Shown here: positions 27,488 to 32,000 of the stretch, piece after piece
How positions within the stretch are numbered: position 1 is the first letter of the stretch
Layout: each line of letters begins with the position of its first letter
Assembly: GCF_037560265.1 (NCBI RefSeq)
Contig: NZ_CP148405.1
Direction: 5' to 3' (one strand)
Source: Escherichia coli
GTDB taxonomy: Bacteria > Pseudomonadota > Gammaproteobacteria > Enterobacterales > Enterobacteriaceae
Length of the DNA: 32,000 bases
Position numbers and translations under genes: made by a program
Notes under the pieces: generated by a model
What the model saw: the letters and a program-made list of their open reading frames with translations, nothing else
Database searches by the model: none
Told to the model about the DNA's origin: nothing

Positions 27488-27784
27488 ATGGAAGCAGCAA
27501 ATTTAAGTCCTTCTGGTACAGTATTACCACTGGCAGCCACAATCAATGGAAATAATCTAGTGGATGAGAAAACAGGAGTGATGCAACCAGAAGGTGGAAC
27601 AAGTCGTAACGTTAGAATCCTAGCTGGAGTTTTGATAAGTGTAGGTACTCTAGCCGCTATCGGTACTGGTATCGCATCACTGTGTGTTGAAGACTCTTCA
27701 CAAAGATTAGGCTTAGGAATCGCAGCCGGTGTATTAGGTGGCGTAACTACTGTTGCCGGCGGATTAGCGATGAGATATGCCTAA
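27488..27784 (+). CDS. espZ: T3SS effector EspZ (SepZ)
   Basis: 98 aa with two predicted transmembrane helices (ILAGVLISVGTLAAIGTGIASL and LGLGIAAGVLGGVTTVAGGLA). An AGGAGA Shine-Dalgarno (SD) sequence lies upstream. It is the first gene of LEE2. Confidence 0.9.
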   Translation: MEAANLSPSGTVLPLAATINGNNLVDEKTGVMQPEGGTSRNVRILAGVLISVGTLAAIGTGIASLCVEDSSQRLGLGIAAGVLGGVTTVAGGLAMRYA

Positions 27785-27785
27785 T

Positions 27786-27818
27786 CATCGCATCGCATCG
27801 CATCGCATCGCATCGCAT
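27786..27818. repeat. Pentanucleotide tandem repeat (CATCG)6 plus a partial unit
   Basis: Direct reading gives CATCG at 27786, 27791, 27796, 27801, 27806 and 27811, then CAT. It begins 1 nt after the espZ stop codon and ends 17 nt before the escI ATG. Confidence 0.95.
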
Positions 27819-27835
27819 AAAAAAATAGAGAGGTA

Positions 27836-28264
27836 ATGGATGCATTATGCCATTGCCTCTCTCATGAAAAGAGACTAACAGTAAATATGAATAATATTAA
27901 TCAATCGGAAAACATTAATATTCAGTTAAATAAAGCATTCCAAACAAATGTCGTTGATGAGCATATCCCGTTAGCATCAACCCCCTCTGCAGCCGGAGCG
28001 GCTCAGTTTCTTGATCAATTACTCCCTAAAACGGCGGGAGTGTCTTCCCCAGAACAAGTGTTGATTGAAGAAATTAAAAAGCGACATCTTGCAACAATGA
28101 ACACCGATCTCAGTTTCGATGCACTATCTGCAGGTGGGCTCTCGCCCGAAGATGTACTCACTTTACAAAAGAATGTGCTCAACGCAAACGTCAATGTTGA
28201 TGTCGTATCTAAGTTAGCAAGCCTCCTTTCAACATCGGTTACAAAATTAGTTTCGATGCAATAA
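27836..28264 (+). CDS. escI: T3SS inner rod protein EscI (rOrf8, SctI)
   Basis: 142 aa from the ATG at 27836, whose GAGAGG SD has only a 2-nt spacer. An in-frame ATG at 27887 (MNNINQSENINIQL, 125 aa) is an alternative. The C-terminus LLSTSVTKLVSMQ is typical of SctI. Confidence 0.85.
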   Translation: MDALCHCLSHEKRLTVNMNNINQSENINIQLNKAFQTNVVDEHIPLASTPSAAGAAQFLDQLLPKTAGVSSPEQVLIEEIKKRHLATMNTDLSFDALSAGGLSPEDVLTLQKNVLNANVNVDVVSKLASLLSTSVTKLVSMQ

Positions 28265-28266
28265 AA

Positions 28267-28839
28267 ATGAAAAAACACATTAAAAACCTTTTTTTATTGG
28301 CTGCTATTTGTTTGACAGTGGCATGTAAAGAGCAATTGTATACAGGATTAACAGAAAAAGAAGCTAATCAGATGCAAGCACTGTTGCTATCCAATGATGT
28401 CAATGTTTCCAAAGAAATGGACAAAAGTGGAAATATTACACTCAGTGTGGAAAAAGAGGATTTTGTTCGCGCAATAACGATTTTAAATAATAACGGCTTC
28501 CCGAAAAAGAAATTTGCAGATATCGAGGTTATTTTCCCACCCAGCCAGTTAGTGGCATCGCCATCACAAGAAAATGCAAAAATCAACTATCTCAAAGAAC
28601 AAGACATCGAAAGGTTGCTAAGTAAAATACCCGGTGTTATCGATTGCAGCGTTTCATTAAATGTTAACAATAACGAAAGTCAACCATCCTCAGCAGCCGT
28701 TTTAGTCATCAGCTCGCCAGAGGTTAACTTAGCACCATCGGTCATTCAGATAAAAAACCTGGTTAAGAATAGTGTCGACGATCTCAAATTAGAAAATATT
28801 AGTGTTGTTATCAAGTCATCCTCAGGGCAGGACGGGTAA
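28267..28839 (+). CDS. escJ: T3SS inner-membrane ring lipoprotein EscJ (SctJ)
   Basis: 190 aa with the lipobox LTVAC, followed by the YscJ/PrgK-family sequence KEQLYTGLTEKEANQMQALL. Confidence 0.95.
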   Translation: MKKHIKNLFLLAAICLTVACKEQLYTGLTEKEANQMQALLLSNDVNVSKEMDKSGNITLSVEKEDFVRAITILNNNGFPKKKFADIEVIFPPSQLVASPSQENAKINYLKEQDIERLLSKIPGVIDCSVSLNVNNNESQPSSAAVLVISSPEVNLAPSVIQIKNLVKNSVDDLKLENISVVIKSSSGQDG

Positions 28840-28844
28840 TATGT

Positions 28845-29300
28845 ATGAACAATAATAATGGCATAGCAAAGAATGATTGTGACTGGCTAACGGCCCTTGA
28901 TTTTGTAAAGGATGTCAACGGTTCACCAACGCATCTCACTTTTTATATCTACCAAAAAAATGCTTTCTTGCACGATTTTGGAAACTACTGGGTTCTATAT
29001 ATCGAGCTTAGTGGTGATTTTCGTCAGGTTCCAACAGATACATTTATCAGACTCTGCAATATCCTGGCCGTTAGTAAAGAATATAAACAAATGGGTATTT
29101 TCCTGTCTAATAAGAAGTGGTATCTTTGCCAAATTTTTCATAAAGATAATAATCATCGCGCAAACATGTCAAAAGCAATAATGCAACATACTCTCGCCTC
29201 GTTGCTCGACAAGCAATTTGATAAACTAGAGCAATCATCTTCATCAGATACAATGATGCCGCCAACACACTTGTTTTCTGATATAGGACGAATTGTGTAA
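28845..29300 (+). CDS. sepD: T3SS secretion-hierarchy switch protein SepD
   Basis: 151 aa, between escJ and escC, with its stop overlapping the escC start (TAATG). Recognised as SepD from sequence and position. Confidence 0.88.
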   Translation: MNNNNGIAKNDCDWLTALDFVKDVNGSPTHLTFYIYQKNAFLHDFGNYWVLYIELSGDFRQVPTDTFIRLCNILAVSKEYKQMGIFLSNKKWYLCQIFHKDNNHRANMSKAIMQHTLASLLDKQFDKLEQSSSSDTMMPPTHLFSDIGRIV

Positions 29301-30838
29301 TGAAAAAAATAAGTTTTTTTATTTTTACAGCACTATTTTGCTGCAGTGCACAAGCTGCCCCGTCCTCTCTGGAAAAAAGATTAGGCAAGAACGAATATTT
29401 TATTATTACTAAAAGTTCTCCAGTACGTGCAATCCTTAATGACTTTGCTGCTAACTACAGCATTCCTGTTTTCATCAGTAGTTCCGTGAATGATGATTTC
29501 TCTGGCGAAATAAAAAATGAAAAACCTGTAAAAGTACTGGAAAAACTGTCCAAACTCTATCATCTCACATGGTATTATGATGAGAATATCTTGTATATTT
29601 ATAAAACAAATGAAATATCAAGAAGTATAATTACACCAACATATCTGGATATTGACTCACTGCTAAAATATCTGAGTGATACAATCTCAGTAAACAAAAA
29701 CTCTTGCAATGTGAGAAAAATTACGACATTTAACTCGATTGAAGTTCGGGGTGTTCCTGAATGTATAAAATATATTACATCTTTATCAGAAAGTCTTGAT
29801 AAAGAGGCACAGTCTAAAGCCAAAAATAAAGATGTTGTTAAGGTCTTTAAACTGAACTATGCGTCAGCGACAGATATAACATACAAATACCGTGACCAAA
29901 ATGTTGTCGTCCCAGGTGTTGTCTCCATTCTGAAGACAATGGCAAGTAATGGTTCGCTTCCCAGTACCGGTAAAGGTGCCGTCGAGCGAAGCGGTAACCT
30001 GTTTGATAACAGTGTAACGATTTCCGCTGATCCACGTCTTAATGCAGTTATTGTAAAAGACCGCGAAATAACGATGGATATCTATCAGCAATTAATTTCT
30101 GAGCTTGATATTGAACAAAGGCAAATTGAAATTTCTGTCTCAATTATTGATGTTGATGCAAACGATCTTCAGCAGCTCGGCGTAAACTGGTCCGGTACGT
30201 TAAATGCAGGACAAGGTACGATTGCCTTTAATAGCTCTACCGCACAGGCTAATATCAGCTCTTCTGTGATAAGTAATGCCAGTAATTTTATGATTAGGGT
30301 GAATGCGTTACAACAGAACTCGAAAGCTAAAATACTCTCTCAGCCGTCAATTATAACCTTAAATAATATGCAGGCGATTCTTGATAAAAACGTAACGTTT
30401 TATACAAAAGTCTCCGGAGAAAAGGTGGCGTCTCTGGAAAGTATTACAAGCGGAACATTGCTGAGAGTGACACCACGTATACTTGATGACAGCTCGAATA
30501 GTCTTACCGGAAAACGTCGGGAACGAGTTCGTTTGTTACTTGATATTCAGGATGGCAATCAATCGACTAACCAAAGCAATGCTCAGGATGCCAGCAGCAC
30601 CTTACCTGAAGTACAAAATTCAGAAATGACAACAGAAGCGACATTAAGTGCAGGAGAAAGTTTATTACTTGGCGGATTTATCCAAGATAAAGAAAGTTCA
30701 AGTAAAGATGGTATACCGCTGTTAAGCGACATTCCTGTTATTGGTAGTTTATTCTCCAGTACGGTAAAACAAAAACATAGTGTTGTTCGACTCTTTTTAA
30801 TTAAAGCAACCCCGATAAAATCTGCATCTAGCGAATAA
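29300..30838 (+). CDS. escC: T3SS outer-membrane secretin EscC (SctC)
   Basis: 512 aa with a signal peptide (MKKISFFIFTALFCCSAQA) and a secretin C-domain (ILSQPSIITLNNMQA, GIPLLSDIPVIGSLF). Confidence 0.97.
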   Translation: MKKISFFIFTALFCCSAQAAPSSLEKRLGKNEYFIITKSSPVRAILNDFAANYSIPVFISSSVNDDFSGEIKNEKPVKVLEKLSKLYHLTWYYDENILYIYKTNEISRSIITPTYLDIDSLLKYLSDTISVNKNSCNVRKITTFNSIEVRGVPECIKYITSLSESLDKEAQSKAKNKDVVKVFKLNYASATDITYKYRDQNVVVPGVVSILKTMASNGSLPSTGKGAVERSGNLFDNSVTISADPRLNAVIVKDREITMDIYQQLISELDIEQRQIEISVSIIDVDANDLQQLGVNWSGTLNAGQGTIAFNSSTAQANISSSVISNASNFMIRVNALQQNSKAKILSQPSIITLNNMQAILDKNVTFYTKVSGEKVASLESITSGTLLRVTPRILDDSSNSLTGKRRERVRLLLDIQDGNQSTNQSNAQDASSTLPEVQNSEMTTEATLSAGESLLLGGFIQDKESSSKDGIPLLSDIPVIGSLFSSTVKQKHSVVRLFLIKATPIKSASSE

Positions 30839-30851
30839 TAAATGAGGCTTT

Positions 30852-31307
30852 ATGAGCAGGAAATTTAGCTCTCTAGAGGATATTTATGATTTCTACCAGG
30901 ATGGTGGCACATTAGCGTCATTAACAAATCTGACACAACAAGATCTCAATGACCTTCATTCTTATGCCTATACAGCATATCAATCTGGTGATGTTATAAC
31001 CGCAAGAAATCTATTCCATTTGCTCACATATCTGGAACACTGGAATTATGACTACACCTTATCTCTGGGCTTATGCCATCAGCGTTTATCAAATCATGAA
31101 GATGCACAACTGTGTTTCGCACGCTGTGCAACTTTAGTTATGCAAGATCCCAGGGCATCTTATTATTCTGGAATTAGCTACTTACTCGTCGGAAATAAGA
31201 AAATGGCCAAGAAAGCCTTTAAGGCTTGTTTAATGTGGTGTAATGAAAAAGAAAAATACACTACATATAAAGAAAATATTAAAAAATTGTTAGGTAATAC
31301 AGAGTAA
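30852..31307 (+). CDS. cesD: Translocator chaperone CesD (class II, TPR-like)
   Basis: 151 aa with TPR-like helices similar to LcrH/SycD-family chaperones. It is the last gene of LEE2. Confidence 0.9.
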   Translation: MSRKFSSLEDIYDFYQDGGTLASLTNLTQQDLNDLHSYAYTAYQSGDVITARNLFHLLTYLEHWNYDYTLSLGLCHQRLSNHEDAQLCFARCATLVMQDPRASYYSGISYLLVGNKKMAKKAFKACLMWCNEKEKYTTYKENIKKLLGNTE

Positions 31308-31327
31308 AAACTACCATCAGCTATACC

Positions 31328-31354
31328 AATCCCCAGGCTGACTGGGGATTTTCT
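31328..31354 (+). terminator. Rho-independent terminator of LEE2 (after cesD)
   Basis: AATCCCCAG-GCTGA-CTGGGGATT is a perfect 9-bp stem followed by TTTCT, 21 nt after the cesD stop. Confidence 0.75.
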
Positions 31355-31690
31355 ATCGGAAATAATAAAGCTGCTATAGTGAAGTGCTCCCAAAGTTGAG
31401 CACCGACCACTGGTAGATTTATCTACAGGTGTGGGGTTATTCCATTAACTAGGATTTTATGCCCTGAACTATCTTCTGCTGTATTTAATATCATTTCCGT
31501 TTATGAAACAATCAGTATATCTTAACTTAGCATTAGAAATCTGATCTTTCCAATCATCTATAGCTCAGAGTATATTTGTCAGGAAATGACCTTCAAACTT
31601 TAGCCGAGAAAAAGGCTTACCCTGGAAAACAAAACCCTTAAATATAGCTTTATTTTTATTCTTCTATAAAATATACTCAAAAAATTACGT

Positions 31691-32000
31691 CTAACTCTCC
31701 TTTTTCCTCCTCAAGATCATTTCGTTCCAGATATTAGACTGTCCCACAATACCATTACCAACTCGGTAGGTTTTTCTTTTTGGTCCGGTTGATCCAGGAC
31801 TTTCTATCGGAACCGCCTCAAGGTTAACATCATAAATGAAAATCTCAAGGCGCTTATAATGCAAATTACCATAACTAACATATCTGACACGAAATGAAAT
31901 TTTTTCTTTTCTTCTCGATATATAAGTTATAATAAATGATGCTCTCCTCAGGTTTATACCGAATGCTTCGGCAATATCATTGCGAGAAATCCATTTCTCC
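31691..32000 (-). CDS. grlA: LEE regulator GrlA, C-terminal 102 codons (5' end beyond the window)
   Basis: The reverse complement translates as EKWISRNDIAEAFGINLRRASFIITYISRRKEKISFRVRYVSYGNLHYKRLEIFIYDVNLE...WNEMILRRKKES*. This matches the helix-turn-helix (HTH) region and C-terminus of GrlA as I remember it. It is not in the supplied ORF track because no start codon lies in the window. Confidence 0.88.
   Translation of the reverse strand, partial: EKWISRNDIAEAFGINLRRASFIITYISRRKEKISFRVRYVSYGNLHYKRLEIFIYDVNLEAVPIESPGSTGPKRKTYRVGNGIVGQSNIWNEMILRRKKES

Noticed and set aside
27786-27818. Whether the CATCG repeat could be a CRISPR array or a coding repeat
   Set aside because: The units are 5 nt long with no spacers, so it is not a CRISPR. 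It lies after the espZ stop and before the escI SD, so it is non-coding in the operon frames. It is kept as a simple-sequence-repeat finding instead.
31350-31361. 12-nt direct repeat TTTCTATCGGAA, also at 31801-31812
   Set aside because: One copy is the terminator tail and the other lies inside the grlA coding sequence (PIESP). No extended similarity surrounds either copy, so this is probably coincidence.
31561-31568. TAGCTCAG motif reminiscent of a tRNA D-arm in the cesD-grlA spacer
   Set aside because: The flanking sequence offers no acceptor stem, anticodon arm or T-arm (no GTTCGAATC-like box), so it is a chance match.
7100-32000. Possibility that the large gene cluster is an undescribed secretion or defence system
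   Set aside because: Every long ORF matches a known LEE T3SS component, chaperone, translocator, effector or regulator, in the known LEE order and operon structure. No multi-gene block is left unexplained.

Overview
About 25 kb of this window is the locus of enterocyte effacement (LEE), the type III secretion (T3SS) pathogenicity island of attaching-and-effacing Enterobacteriaceae. It lies in reverse orientation relative to the conventional map. From high to low coordinates the order is as follows. grlA (3' part, minus strand, cut by the window edge). LEE2 on the plus strand (espZ, escI, escJ, sepD, escC, cesD). LEE3 on the minus strand (cesL/orf12, escV, escN, escO, escP, sepQ, espH). cesF (plus). 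map. LEE5 (tir, cesT, eae). escD (plus). LEE4 (sepL, espA, espD, espB, cesD2, escF, escG/orf29, espF). Every long ORF in 7.1-32 kb maps to a known LEE gene in the known order, so I see no undescribed multi-gene system. The unusual content is architectural. Past espF come an ERIC element and an intact 1258-bp IS3 that lacks a target-site duplication and sits inside another IS3-family transposase remnant. Next is the espG-rorf1 module, which in the EPEC/EHEC reference map lies at the opposite, ler-proximal end. Then comes a patch of IS2, IS630-family and IS21-family fragments. From memory, a distal espG/rorf1 position with internal IS elements was described for the Citrobacter rodentium LEE; I cannot assign the host organism or the intimin subtype without alignments. 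Small features worth a second look are a (CATCG)6 repeat between espZ and escI, a C11/G11 homopolymer between tir and cesT, and two repeat systems in espF. The espF repeats are four 138-bp proline-rich units (two of them identical) and five copies of a 9-bp unit encoding Met-Ser-X. The ERIC also appears to have inserted into the loop of a terminator-like hairpin downstream of espF. No tRNA, rRNA, CRISPR array or integrase gene was seen. All product calls rest on my recognition of the translated sequences and motifs, not on a database search.
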